This document shows positions 19,701 to 27,959 of a stretch of DNA of 33,648 nucleotides, one piece after another (the first letter of the stretch is position 1; the number at the start of each line of letters is the position of its first letter). Below the pieces are notes generated by a model that searched no databases, had not been told where the DNA came from, and saw only the letters and a program-made list of their open reading frames with translations. The translations under genes were made by a program, and so were the position numbers. Source of the stretch: Telluria sp. (GTDB taxonomy: Bacteria; Pseudomonadota; Gammaproteobacteria; Burkholderiales; Burkholderiaceae_D); assembly GCA_035655255.1 (NCBI GenBank), contig DASRUW010000003.1:1-33648 (forward strand), in the 5' to 3' direction.

Positions 19701-20016
19701 GCACAAGAAGCACGACGGCTCGCTGCCGATCGTCGGCGTGAACACCTTCCGCAACCCGCACGGTTCGGCGGTCCCGCAGACCATCGAGCTGGCCCGTTCG
19801 ACGGACGACGAGAAGCAGTCGCAGCTCACGCGCCTGGAGGAATTCCATGCCCGGAACGCGGAGCGCGCTCCGCACATGCTCAAGGAGCTGCAGCAGGCCG
19901 CGATCGACAACAAGAACGTGTTCGAGAAGCTGATGGAAGCGGTGCGCGTTTGCTCGCTGGGCCAGATCACGACCGCCTTGTTCGAGGTCGGTGGCCAGTA
20001 CCGCCGCAACATGTAA
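16729..20016 (+). CDS. icmF: Fused isobutyryl-CoA mutase / MeaB-like GTPase IcmF, 1095 aa
   Basis: B12-binding domain ([13 protein letters not shown]), P-loop GTPase ([17 protein letters not shown]), then mutase barrel ([33 protein letters not shown]). Confidence 0.96.
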   Translation: MNDITNATKLATPEQKATTNKVRFVTAASLFDGHDASINIMRRILQSNGVEVIHLGHNRSVDEVVTAALAEDVQGIAVSSYQGGHVEYFKYMIDLLRERGGAHIKVFGGGGGVIVPAEIEELHAYGVTRIFSPEDGQRMGLVGMIRSMVEACDVDLSSYSPTTLEPLQTGDVAARHRPLAQLITALENGKASPGLIKQIHDAAEGLKVPTLGITGTGGAGKSSLTDELIRRIRLDQGDALNIAVISIDPSRRKSGGALLGDRIRMNAIGPWNGKRHVYMRSLATREAGSEISQALPDVIAACKVAGFDLVIVETSGIGQGDAAIVPHVDVSMYVMTPEFGAASQLEKIDMIDFADFIAINKFDRKGAQDALRDVAKQYQRNRELFSKRPEEMPVYGTQASRFNDDGVTALYQGLLPKLAEFGLKAGPGQLPVVDVRHSSGKNVIVPPARARYLAEISDTVRHYHKHTGKQVKLARERQQLTEAKRMLAAASKPADFDDLITERDHALDPAARKLLQMWPDMQAAYSGDDYVVKIRDKEIRTRLVQQTLSGTKIRKVSLPRFEDHGEVLRWLMLENVPGSFPYTAGVFAFKREGEDPTRMFAGEGDAFRTNRRFKLVSEGMEAKRLSTAFDSVTLYGADPALRPDIYGKVGNSGVSIATLDDMKVLYDGFNLCSPNTSVSMTINGPAPTILAMFMNTAIDQQVERFVEENKRQPTDDEAAKIRAWVLQNVRGTVQADILKEDQGQNTCIFSTEFSLKVMGDIQEYFVHHQVRNFYSVSISGYHIAEAGANPISQLAFTLSNGFTFVEAYLARGMHIDDFAPNLSFFFSNGMDPEYTVLGRVARRIWAVAMRDKYGANERSQKLKYHIQTSGRSLHAQEIDFNDIRTTLQALIAIYDNCNSLHTNAYDEAITTPTDESVRRALAIQLIINREWGLAKNENPNQGSFIVEELTDLVEEAVLQEFERIAERGGVLGAMETGYQRGRIQEESMLYEHKKHDGSLPIVGVNTFRNPHGSAVPQTIELARSTDDEKQSQLTRLEEFHARNAERAPHMLKELQQAAIDNKNVFEKLMEAVRVCSLGQITTALFEVGGQYRRNM

Positions 20017-20017
20017 G

Positions 20018-20069
20018 AAAACCGGGGTATGACCCCGGTCTTGCTTGCTTGGGGTCTGACCCCGGTTTT
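20018..20069. repeat. REP-like palindrome doublet, probably also a bidirectional terminator
   Basis: Two direct copies of GGGGT(A/C)TGACCCCGGT; outer arms AAAACCGGGGT (20018-20028) and ACCCCGGTTTT (20059-20069) are perfectly complementary; lies between convergent icmF and lacI stops. Confidence 0.7.
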
Positions 20070-21078
20070 ACGCGCGGCCGACGGTGGCGCCGGGCACGAA
20101 GCTCGGCTGCCACAGCACCTGCAGTTCGGACGCCGGCGTGCCGTCGCGCAGCGCGAACAGCATCTCCACCATCTTGTGTCCGGCCTCCGCGGTTCCGGGC
20201 TGGTCGATGGTCGCCACCTGCGTTCCCACCAGGCTGTCTTCGAGGCAGCCCCACACCACCACCGACATCTCCTCCCCCAGCTTGATCCCGGCGTCCAGCA
20301 GCGCGCGCACGACGCCGATGCCGGACAGGTTGTTGTCCACCAGGATGGCGGTGGGGCGCGGCGACGTCGCCAGCAGCTGCTGCGCGGCGCTGTAGCCGGC
20401 GCGGCGGTCGTGCGCGTCCGCCACCAGATGGCGCGGATCGACGGCCAGCCCGGCCCCGCCCATGGTGTGCAGGAAGGCGTCGCGCCGCTGCGCCGCGAAA
20501 TTGAGTTCCAGCGACGCGCTCACCATGGCGATGCGCTGGTGTCCGTGCTGCAGCAGGTGGCCGGCCGCGAGGCGGATGCCGGCTTCGTCGTCGTAATCGA
20601 ACCAGGCGTAGGGCGCGTCGAAGCGCGTGCGGCCGTGCGCGACGAAGGGGAACTTCTTCTCCGCCAGGAAGGCGATGCGCTCGTCGGAGACATGGGTGCG
20701 GCTGACGATCAAGCCGTCCACGCGGCGTCCGCGCACCATCTGGTCGTAGGTGCGCAGCTCGTTCTGCGGCGAGACCGGAGCGATCGACAGGCTCATGTCG
20801 CGCGCCTCCAGCGCCGCCGACATGCCGCCCACCACTTTCAGGAAGCAGGAGTCGCCCAGGTCGCTGGGCAGCAGCGGATAGATGATCCCGAAGATGTTGG
20901 TCCGGCCCAGCGCCAGGCTGCGCGCCATCGGATTGGCCTGGTAGCCCAGCTCCTTGGCGACCGCCAGCACCCGCTCGCGGGTGCGAACGTTAACTTCCGG
21001 ATAACCATTGAGCGCACGGCTCACGGTGGTCTTGGACATGCCCAGGGTCTGGGCGAGGCTCTTCAGATTGGTTGTCAT
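20068..21078 (-). CDS. LacI-family transcriptional regulator (AglR/RafR-like), 336 aa
   Basis: MTTNLKSLAQTLGMSKTTVSRALNG...YQANPMARSL HTH plus hinge helix, followed by a periplasmic-binding-protein-like domain. Confidence 0.94.
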   Translation of the reverse strand: MTTNLKSLAQTLGMSKTTVSRALNGYPEVNVRTRERVLAVAKELGYQANPMARSLALGRTNIFGIIYPLLPSDLGDSCFLKVVGGMSAALEARDMSLSIAPVSPQNELRTYDQMVRGRRVDGLIVSRTHVSDERIAFLAEKKFPFVAHGRTRFDAPYAWFDYDDEAGIRLAAGHLLQHGHQRIAMVSASLELNFAAQRRDAFLHTMGGAGLAVDPRHLVADAHDRRAGYSAAQQLLATSPRPTAILVDNNLSGIGVVRALLDAGIKLGEEMSVVVWGCLEDSLVGTQVATIDQPGTAEAGHKMVEMLFALRDGTPASELQVLWQPSFVPGATVGRA

Positions 21079-21228
21079 CCTAGCGCTTTTGCAAACTTGA
21101 TAACCTGCGATTATAGCAAGATTCCGGGTGCTCATACGCGGACGATGTTTGAAGTAAAACAATGCAAATCAGCAAAAAATGAGGCTTCAAACCGTTGAAA
21201 ATCCTACAGCTTTCGCCTACCCTTAGGT

Positions 21229-21594
21229 GTGTCAATCCAATTTGGGGGGCCTGTGGTCGCGCCCGCGTCGCTCAATAACGTGCAGTTGCAGGTCGCCCTG
21301 GCCGAGCGCCAGGTGGCGCGCGACCAGGCACAGGTGGACGCCGACCAGGCTCAGCTCGACCGCAGCCAGGACCAGCTCACCCGCGACCAGCGCGACCTGT
21401 CCTCGGTCCAGGACCGCCAGCGCAGCACGCGCGACCAGAAAATCGCCGCCGCCACCCCGACCCTGAGCCGTGCCGTGGAAACGGAAGGCCTGAAACAGGC
21501 CGCCGCCGGCGTGAACGTCGCGGCCGAATCCGTGCGCGCCACCGTCAACGCCCGCGGCGAGGCGCTCGGGCGCGTGATCAACATCGCCGCCTGA
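21229..21594 (+). CDS. Hypothetical coiled-coil protein, 121 aa
   Basis: GTG start after TAGGT; GC3-rich codons; Q/D-rich heptads; C-terminus VNARGEALGRVINIAA; fills the gap between lacI and the propeller gene. Confidence 0.75.
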   Translation: MSIQFGGPVVAPASLNNVQLQVALAERQVARDQAQVDADQAQLDRSQDQLTRDQRDLSSVQDRQRSTRDQKIAAATPTLSRAVETEGLKQAAAGVNVAAESVRATVNARGEALGRVINIAA

Positions 21595-21595
21595 C

Positions 21596-22678
21596 TCAGG
21601 CGAAGCGCACCGCGTAGACCGGCGGCAGCGTGGTCGATACTTCCTGCCAGTTCGTGCCGCCGTCGTCCGAGGCCCACACGCCGCCCGTGGTCGATCCCAT
21701 CATCAGCGTGCGCCCGTCGTCGGCCACCGCCAGGCCGTGGCGGTACACCAGGTCGTAGCAGTGCGCTTGCGGCAGGCCGGCGCGCAGCGTGTCGAATCCG
21801 TTCCCGCCGTCCGCCGTGCGGTTGACGGCGAGGGCCGCATCCGTCGGCACGCGGCGCTGGTCCGCTTCCGCCGGCACGAACCAGGCGCGCGCCCCGTCGG
21901 CCGGATCGCAGGCCACGGCAAAGCCGAAGCTCGATACCGGCGCCCTCACCTGCTGCCAGCTGCGCCCATCGTCGTTCGACCGCCAAATGCCGCAATGGTG
22001 CTGGCACCACAGCACATCGGGCTGGCCGGCGCAGCGCACCACCCGGTGCGGATCCTGGATCGATTCCTCTTCGCTCTGCTCGGGCGGCATGTAGTCGGCC
22101 CGCATGCCCTTGGCGCTGGAGGTCCAGGTCGCGCCGCCGTCCTCGGTGCGCCACACGCCGCCGCAGGAGATCGCGACCAGCAGCCGCTTGCTGTCGCGCG
22201 GATCGACGCAGATGCTGTGAATGCCGGGCACGTCGTAGCCGCCGCCCATCCAGTTGCGCCGCTGCGGCAGGTCCCACAACGACTGCACCAGCTGCCAGCT
22301 CGCGCCGCGGTCCGCGGACTTGAACAGACCTCCCGGCAACGTACCGGCCCACAGCACGCCCGGCTCGTCCGCGCCGCCCGCCTCCAAGCTCCACAGCAGC
22401 TTGAGCTTCCATTCGACCGGATCGTCGCTGTCGGCCGGCTTGGCCGGATAGACCGGGACGGCCACTTCGGTCCAGGCATCCGCGCCGGGGTCGCGCCGGT
22501 GCAGCTTGACGCCGAAGTGACCGAGGTTGAGGGCGGCGTACAGCGTGCCGTCGCGCCCGTCGTGCAGCGCCATCGACACCGGCTCGCCGAGGAAATGGGT
22601 GGCGGCGACTTGCCAGCCGGCGGCCGAGCGTTCCAGTTCGAACAGGCCCTTGCGGGTCGCAATCAAGGCTCGCTGCAT
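21596..22678 (-). CDS. Asp-box (BNR)-repeat beta-propeller protein, no signal peptide, 360 aa
   Basis: Five Asp-box-like motifs: SADRGASW, TEDGGATW, SNDDGRSW, TADGGNGF, SDDGGTNW. N-terminus ALIATRKGLF. GGAGGA RBS 6 nt before ATG 22678 (alternative ATG 22681). Confidence 0.9.
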   Translation of the reverse strand: MQRALIATRKGLFELERSAAGWQVAATHFLGEPVSMALHDGRDGTLYAALNLGHFGVKLHRRDPGADAWTEVAVPVYPAKPADSDDPVEWKLKLLWSLEAGGADEPGVLWAGTLPGGLFKSADRGASWQLVQSLWDLPQRRNWMGGGYDVPGIHSICVDPRDSKRLLVAISCGGVWRTEDGGATWTSSAKGMRADYMPPEQSEEESIQDPHRVVRCAGQPDVLWCQHHCGIWRSNDDGRSWQQVRAPVSSFGFAVACDPADGARAWFVPAEADQRRVPTDAALAVNRTADGGNGFDTLRAGLPQAHCYDLVYRHGLAVADDGRTLMMGSTTGGVWASDDGGTNWQEVSTTLPPVYAVRFA

Positions 22679-22681
22679 CAT

Positions 22682-22951
22682 TCATCCTCCTGACAAGGCC
22701 TGCATGACGTAGACCATGCTGGCGGGGTTGAGCGGATCGTCCAGCAGGCGCGGATCGCGCGCGCGCCGGCCATCGATGAAGACCACGACGTTCTCGCGCA
22801 GGTGGCCCTGGTCGTCCAGGATGTAGCCGCGCAGGACGGGATTCACGGCGAACGCCGCTTCCAGCCCGTCGCGCAGCCGCGCCGCGTCGGTATCGACCTG
22901 CGGAACCTGGGTGAAGCGGGCCAACTGCTGGGTGAAGTGGATGCGCGCCAT
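22682..22951 (-). CDS. MoaD/ThiS/Urm1-type ubiquitin-like (beta-grasp) protein, 89 aa
   Basis: Hidden in the C-terminal half of ORF 22682..23221: MARIHFTQQLARF...LRGYILDDQGHLRENVVVFIDG...VYVMQALSGG-stop; size and C-terminal diglycine are diagnostic. Confidence 0.9.
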   Translation of the reverse strand: MARIHFTQQLARFTQVPQVDTDAARLRDGLEAAFAVNPVLRGYILDDQGHLRENVVVFIDGRRARDPRLLDDPLNPASMVYVMQALSGG

Positions 22952-23024
22952 GGTGCGGGAATTGTAGACCCGGTCCGGCCCGGATGTCGCTATCATGGAG
23001 ACGTACATATCAACGGAGCTGCTC

Positions 23025-23327
23025 ATGTCGATCAAGCCTGAGGAACTGTCCGCGCTCATACGTGAAGTGGAACTGGAAGACCCGATCGACTTCGCCGACC
23101 TGCCCTTTCCCGAGAACGAGCTGCGCGACCTGGTCGCGGAACACTTGTGCGAAATGGCGGAGTCCATGGAAAGCTTCAGCACCGAGGACCGGCTCCTGAC
23201 CCTCCTGGCCGTTTCCGCCAAGCTGGTGCTGGAGAACCTGGTACTGAACGTCCAGCTGTTACGCCGTCATGGCCAGCCGGTAAGCGAAAGCGTGGAAGCC
23301 TTGCTGGGACGCCTGCGCAAAAGCTAG
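23025..23327 (+). CDS. Hypothetical acidic helical protein, 100 aa
   Basis: GGAG RBS before ATG 23025 (MSIKPEELSALIREVELEDPIDF...); the ORF track start 22995 is an alternative. TATCAT at 22991-22996 is a candidate -10. Stop overlaps the convergent gene's stop (CTAG). Confidence 0.78.
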   Translation: MSIKPEELSALIREVELEDPIDFADLPFPENELRDLVAEHLCEMAESMESFSTEDRLLTLLAVSAKLVLENLVLNVQLLRRHGQPVSESVEALLGRLRKS

Positions 23328-24277
23328 GCCAGCCGCGCCGGCGTGCGCAGGTTGCGCGCCAGCCGCGCAGCGAAGCGCAACGGCGTGCGGTCCCAGGGAG
23401 TGAAGCGCGGCAGCTGGAACAGGTCGTCGCGCGCGGCCCCATGCGCCGTCGTTACCGCGGCGTCGAACCCCAACTCGCGCACCAGCGCCACATGTTCGGG
23501 GCCGTAGTCGCTGCCGGGCTTCCCGTTCGGATAGGCGAACAGCCGCACCGGCCCGGCCAGCGCCTCCAGCTGCACCCGGCCCCAGGCGATCTGCCGGCGC
23601 GCCTCCTCCAGCGGCAGTCTGGCAAGAATCGGATGATCCACCGTATGCGCCCCGATGCCCATGCCGGCCCGGTGCAATTCCCGCACCTGGCTGGAAGCGA
23701 GCATCAGGTTCGCCGGCAGGCGCGCGCCTGTCTGCGTCGCCAGCCGCCCGGCCGCTTCGTCGCGCTCGCGCAGCGGCAGGTACTTCAAGCGTTCCAGCAG
23801 CAGGGCCAGCGCGGCGCGGCGCTGCTCGATTCCTGTCAACGGCAGCGTGCCCAGATCGAAGGCGCTGGCGTCGAGCGCGGCGCCGCGCGCCTGGCGTACG
23901 CATTCGATCACCACGTCGTTCCACATGATGCCGCCGTCCAGGAAACCGGAAGCGATAAAGAAGGTCGCATGCAGACGGTGCTTGGTCAGGAGCGGCAGCG
24001 CGATCTCCGCGTTGTCCCGGTAGCCGTCGTCGAAAGTGATGCTGGCCGCGCGCGGCGGCAGCGTGCCTTCGCGCAGGCGGGCCACCGCCTCTTCCAGCGG
24101 CAGCACGCGGCAGCAGGCCCGCAGCGCGGTCAGCTGGTGCTCGAATCGATCGGGATCGGGCAGTGTCGGCAACAGCGGATCGGCTTCGGGCAGCACGCGA
24201 TGCCAGACCAGGATGGACAGGCCGCGGCGTCCGCCCGGCGCCGCCAACCGCATGAGCGCCTGTCCCGCAATGTTCAT
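23324..24277 (-). CDS. Polysaccharide deacetylase (NodB/CE4 family), 317 aa
   Basis: ILVWHRV, ITFDDGYRDN, IGAHTVDHPIL and FAYPNG motifs; ATG 24277 overlaps the upstream stop (ATGA). Confidence 0.92.
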   Translation of the reverse strand: MNIAGQALMRLAAPGGRRGLSILVWHRVLPEADPLLPTLPDPDRFEHQLTALRACCRVLPLEEAVARLREGTLPPRAASITFDDGYRDNAEIALPLLTKHRLHATFFIASGFLDGGIMWNDVVIECVRQARGAALDASAFDLGTLPLTGIEQRRAALALLLERLKYLPLRERDEAAGRLATQTGARLPANLMLASSQVRELHRAGMGIGAHTVDHPILARLPLEEARRQIAWGRVQLEALAGPVRLFAYPNGKPGSDYGPEHVALVRELGFDAAVTTAHGAARDDLFQLPRFTPWDRTPLRFAARLARNLRTPARLA

Positions 24278-25635
24278 GTCCCCTCCGCGAGCTTGCTCAC
24301 CACATAGCGGAACTTCCCGGAACGCTCTGGCGCAATTGCAGCCACCTGCCGCACTTCCACCTGCACCTGCGGCCCGAGGCGCGCGCGGAAGCCCTGCACG
24401 ACCCGGTTGCGCAGGCCGTCGTCCAGCGGCGCATCGAGCACCAGCAGCACACGGGTGAGCGACAGCGATTCCTGTTCGACCCGGAAGACGCGTACCTGCG
24501 GGATGTCGCGCAAAACGTAGATGAGGGCCAGACCATGCAGCACGGTACCGTCCTGGGCGACGACGAAGTCCGTGCTGCGCCCCTGAATCTCTTGTAGAAG
24601 CGGCAGCGTGCGTCCGCACGGGCAGCGCGCCTGCGACAGCGCGCCGATATCCCCGGTGCGGTAGCGGATGAAGGGGAACGCCCGCGTACACAGGTGGGTG
24701 ACCACGATCTCGCCCGGCACACCCGGCGGTGTCTGCATGCCGCGCGCGTCGACCGTCTCGACGACGATATCTTCTGCGCTGATGTGCATGTTCCCGGCGG
24801 GGCATTCGTGGGCGACGAATCCCGCGTCCCGTCCGCCGTAGCCGTTGGCGACGGCGCAGCCGAAGACCTGCGCGATATCGGCGCGCTGTTCGTCATACAG
24901 CCGCTCGGACGTGACGAACGCCACCTGCACACCAGCACGGTCCATGCGCAGCCCCTGTTCGCGCGCATGGCGCGCCAGGTAGGCCAGCGCGGAAGGGTAG
25001 CCAAACAACATCCGGGGACGCCGCTTCAGGATACGTTGCAGATACCGATCCAGCTGCGGCGCCGCCAGGTCGAAGGCGGGCAGCAACTCGGTGCGCAGCA
25101 GGCGGTCGCGCAGGGCACGAACACGGTCCTGGGCTTGGAGCTCGATGGGCGAGCCCCAGATCACCATCTCGCGGTCGCCCACGTCCACGCCCCACCAGCG
25201 GGTGGCCCGCCACTTGGCGGCGACGTCGTGGCTGGTGCGCTCCCTGCCTACGTAGAACGTCAGCGGCTCGCCGCTCGAACCGCCGGTGGTCATGCGCTGC
25301 AACGGGCCGGCCGCGGTCGACCGGATCGTGTCGGCGTGAGCGCGGATGGTGGCCTTGTCCAGCAAGGGCAGATGCTGCAGGTCCGCCAGGCTGCGCAGGT
25401 CCGACGCCGCATCGAAGCCCAGCGCCGCGAAGCGGTCGCGGTAATACGGCGATCGCTTTTGTGCCTCGGCCAGCAGACCGCGCAAGCGTTCCAGCCGCGC
25501 GCTGTGCAGCCGTTCCTCCGCCCAGTACTGCGAGCGTTCCAGCTCGCGCCGGACCCGCACGGAGCAGTGCCCCTTCAGCCCTTCCTGCAGAGGGAACAAC
25601 GCTCCTGCAACCAGGCGCGTGTACATGCCGCTCAT
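24274..25635 (-). CDS. Phenylacetate-CoA ligase-like / CapK-like adenylate-forming enzyme, 453 aa
   Basis: TTGGSSGEP AMP-binding loop, GYPS, NGYGGRD, PFIRYRTGD, IQGRSTD and SGKFRYV motifs; within an EPS cluster. Confidence 0.88.
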   Translation of the reverse strand: MSGMYTRLVAGALFPLQEGLKGHCSVRVRRELERSQYWAEERLHSARLERLRGLLAEAQKRSPYYRDRFAALGFDAASDLRSLADLQHLPLLDKATIRAHADTIRSTAAGPLQRMTTGGSSGEPLTFYVGRERTSHDVAAKWRATRWWGVDVGDREMVIWGSPIELQAQDRVRALRDRLLRTELLPAFDLAAPQLDRYLQRILKRRPRMLFGYPSALAYLARHAREQGLRMDRAGVQVAFVTSERLYDEQRADIAQVFGCAVANGYGGRDAGFVAHECPAGNMHISAEDIVVETVDARGMQTPPGVPGEIVVTHLCTRAFPFIRYRTGDIGALSQARCPCGRTLPLLQEIQGRSTDFVVAQDGTVLHGLALIYVLRDIPQVRVFRVEQESLSLTRVLLVLDAPLDDGLRNRVVQGFRARLGPQVQVEVRQVAAIAPERSGKFRYVVSKLAEGT

Positions 25636-26729
25636 GACGTCACCATTTGGCGTCCCTGGGCCAGACGTTCATACACTTCCAGCAGTTGCGGCCGCACCGC
25701 CTCCCACGTATAGCGTTGAACGCCGTGTAGGCCGCCGGCCCTGAGCGCCGCCGCCAGTGCAGGTTCATCCAGCACGCGCCGCATGGCTGCCGCCATCGCT
25801 GCGGCATCGCCCGGTGCCGTCAGCAGGCCGCTTACCTCGTGGGTGACGATGTAGGGAATTCCGCCCGCCGCGCTGCTTACCACCGGAACGCCTGCCGCCA
25901 TCGCTTCCAGCAGGGCATTCGGCATGTTGTCGACGCGGCTGGCATTGAGCACGATATCCGCCGTCGCGTACAAGTTCGCCATGTCGGCATGCGCCAGCCG
26001 GCCGGGGAAAGCGACGGCGTCCGCCACGCCAAGCGCTGCGGCGAGGCGCCGGAGCGGTCCCTCTTCCGGGCCGCTCCCCGCGAGCGTCATGCGTGCGGCA
26101 GAATGCAAGCGCCGCACCGCCGCGAAGGCACGCAGTGCGGTCGCGTTGTCATAGATATCTTCCAGGTTCCGGGCGACGACGATGTGCGGCGCCGCGCTGG
26201 CCTTGGCTGGTCCAACCCGGAAGCGGGACGTGTCCACGACGTTCGGCACTACACTGCACCCGACTCCGAAGCGCTCGAACACGTCGCGCAGGAAGCCGGA
26301 TGGAACGATCACGGCGGAAGCGCGCGCCAGCGTCGGACGCACCAGCCACGCCGAACGCGCAAGGAGTTCTTCGGCTGCCCCGCCCCGGTAATTCACGACA
26401 ACCGGCACACCCAGCGCTGCGCCGATCCAGACCGCGGGCGCTGCAAACAGGTGCCACGACCAGCCGGAGTTGGCCATGACGTGCATGACATCCGCGCGGG
26501 CAGCTGCCTGCCAGAGCTTCAAGGCATAGGGCGCCAGCCGGAACGCCGCGCGCAGTCCACGCAGGCGCCCGGCCCAAGCCGGCCGGTATGGCGCGTTCAT
26601 GCGCACCACTTCCACCTGCAGGCCTTCCTCTCGCAGCAGCCGCGCAAGTTGGGCAGTCTGGTTCGGTATGCCGCCCGCAGGCGGCGGCAATGGGCCGACC
26701 AGCGCGATCCGCAAGGTCCTGGCGTCCAT
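25632..26729 (-). CDS. Glycosyltransferase family 4, 365 aa
   Basis: GPLPPPAGG N-terminus, VVPNVVD, DNMPNALLEAMAAGVPVV; start chosen at MDART (26729). Confidence 0.92.
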   Translation of the reverse strand: MDARTLRIALVGPLPPPAGGIPNQTAQLARLLREEGLQVEVVRMNAPYRPAWAGRLRGLRAAFRLAPYALKLWQAAARADVMHVMANSGWSWHLFAAPAVWIGAALGVPVVVNYRGGAAEELLARSAWLVRPTLARASAVIVPSGFLRDVFERFGVGCSVVPNVVDTSRFRVGPAKASAAPHIVVARNLEDIYDNATALRAFAAVRRLHSAARMTLAGSGPEEGPLRRLAAALGVADAVAFPGRLAHADMANLYATADIVLNASRVDNMPNALLEAMAAGVPVVSSAAGGIPYIVTHEVSGLLTAPGDAAAMAAAMRRVLDEPALAAALRAGGLHGVQRYTWEAVRPQLLEVYERLAQGRQMVTS

Positions 26730-26730
26730 G

Positions 26731-27957
26731 TCAGCTACACCCCGACCGCAGTGCGCTGCGGTAGGCGACACCGTAGCGGGCCGTGCTCGCCGCCCAGGTC
26801 CGCTCGGATTCCACGTAGGTCCGCGCGGCCCGGCGCAGCTTGGCGCACACGTCGGGCTCCTCCAGCAATCTCGTCACCTGGCGTGCCAGCGCACGCACGT
26901 CGCCGGCAGGGAACAATACGCCGGTGCGGCCATCGGTGATCAGTTCGCGGTGGCCACCCACGTCCGACGCGACGACGACGCGCCCTTGTGCCATTGCTTC
27001 CAGCGGCTTGAGCGGCGTAACGAGCTCGGTCAGGCGCATCTGCCGCCGGGGATAGACCAACAGATCGGCAATGCCGTAATAGTGGCGCACCTCGTCGTGC
27101 GGCACCTGTCCCATGAAGATGACGCGCGACTCCAGGCCGAGGTTCCGCACGCGCGCACGCAGGCGGGCATCCTGCGGTCCTCCGCCCACCAGCAGCAGAT
27201 GCACGCGCGACGGCAGTTCGCGCAGAGCATCGATCAGGACATCCAGGCCTTCGTAAGCATAGAACGACCCGACAAAAGCCAGAACGTGCTTGCCTTCCAG
27301 GCCCAGGGCACGCACCGCGGCGGGATCGCTTGCGCCCAGCAAGGGAAACCGATGGAGGTCGACGGCATTCGGCACCACCGTGATCCGGTCCTGAGCTATG
27401 CCGCGCGTGGAGACGATCTCGTTACGCAGCCCGGCGCTGATGGTGACCACGGCAGCGGCATTGCGCAGCGCCGAGGTCTCCAGGGCCCGCCCGAGTCGGT
27501 AGCGCACGCCGCCCGCGCGGGCAGTGCCGTGGTCGACCGCCGCGTCTTCCCAGAATGCTCGCACCTCGTACACGACCGGGATGCCGAGTTCACGGCCGAC
27601 GCTCAGGGCGGCCACCGCATTCAGCGCCGGCGAATGCACATGCAGCAGGTGCGGACGCACGCTCAGCACGACGTCGCGCAAGCGCTCGCGCAGGACACGG
27701 ATCGCATCCACCTGTCCGATCAGCGGCAGCCAGCGCAGCGGCGCGGGGCACGTGCGCCAGAATTCGAATCCTTCCGCCAGCTCGTTGGCGTCCGCCGTGC
27801 GGCCGTGCTTCGGACCGGTCAGCTGAAACGTCGCGTAGCCGGCGTCCCGCTGCGCCTGCAGGATCGCGAGCGTGCGATAGCTGTAGCCGCTATGGATCGG
27901 CACCGAGTGATCGAGGACGTGCAGCACACGCAGGCGGGCAGGGTCGAAGTCCGGCAT
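26731..27957 (-). CDS. Glycosyltransferase family 4, exosortase A system-associated type
   Basis: VLHVLDHSVPIHSGYSYRT, YEVRAFWEDAAVDHG, GSFYAYEGL, RLTELVTPLKPLEAMAQG; GAGGAGGA RBS favours ATG 27957. Confidence 0.92.
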   Translation of the reverse strand: MPDFDPARLRVLHVLDHSVPIHSGYSYRTLAILQAQRDAGYATFQLTGPKHGRTADANELAEGFEFWRTCPAPLRWLPLIGQVDAIRVLRERLRDVVLSVRPHLLHVHSPALNAVAALSVGRELGIPVVYEVRAFWEDAAVDHGTARAGGVRYRLGRALETSALRNAAAVVTISAGLRNEIVSTRGIAQDRITVVPNAVDLHRFPLLGASDPAAVRALGLEGKHVLAFVGSFYAYEGLDVLIDALRELPSRVHLLLVGGGPQDARLRARVRNLGLESRVIFMGQVPHDEVRHYYGIADLLVYPRRQMRLTELVTPLKPLEAMAQGRVVVASDVGGHRELITDGRTGVLFPAGDVRALARQVTRLLEEPDVCAKLRRAARTYVESERTWAASTARYGVAYRSALRSGCS

Positions 27958-27959
27958 GG

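Noticed and set aside
13011-19875. Very long antisense or alternate-frame ORFs (1186, 1157 and 1085 aa) over ior and icmF
   Set aside because: Shadow ORFs expected from strong GC3 bias; no recognisable motifs, and they fully overlap well-supported genes.
22682-22951. Calling the Ubl moaD, thiS or cysO
   Set aside because: No cofactor or cysteine biosynthesis genes nearby, so a specific symbol is unsupported.
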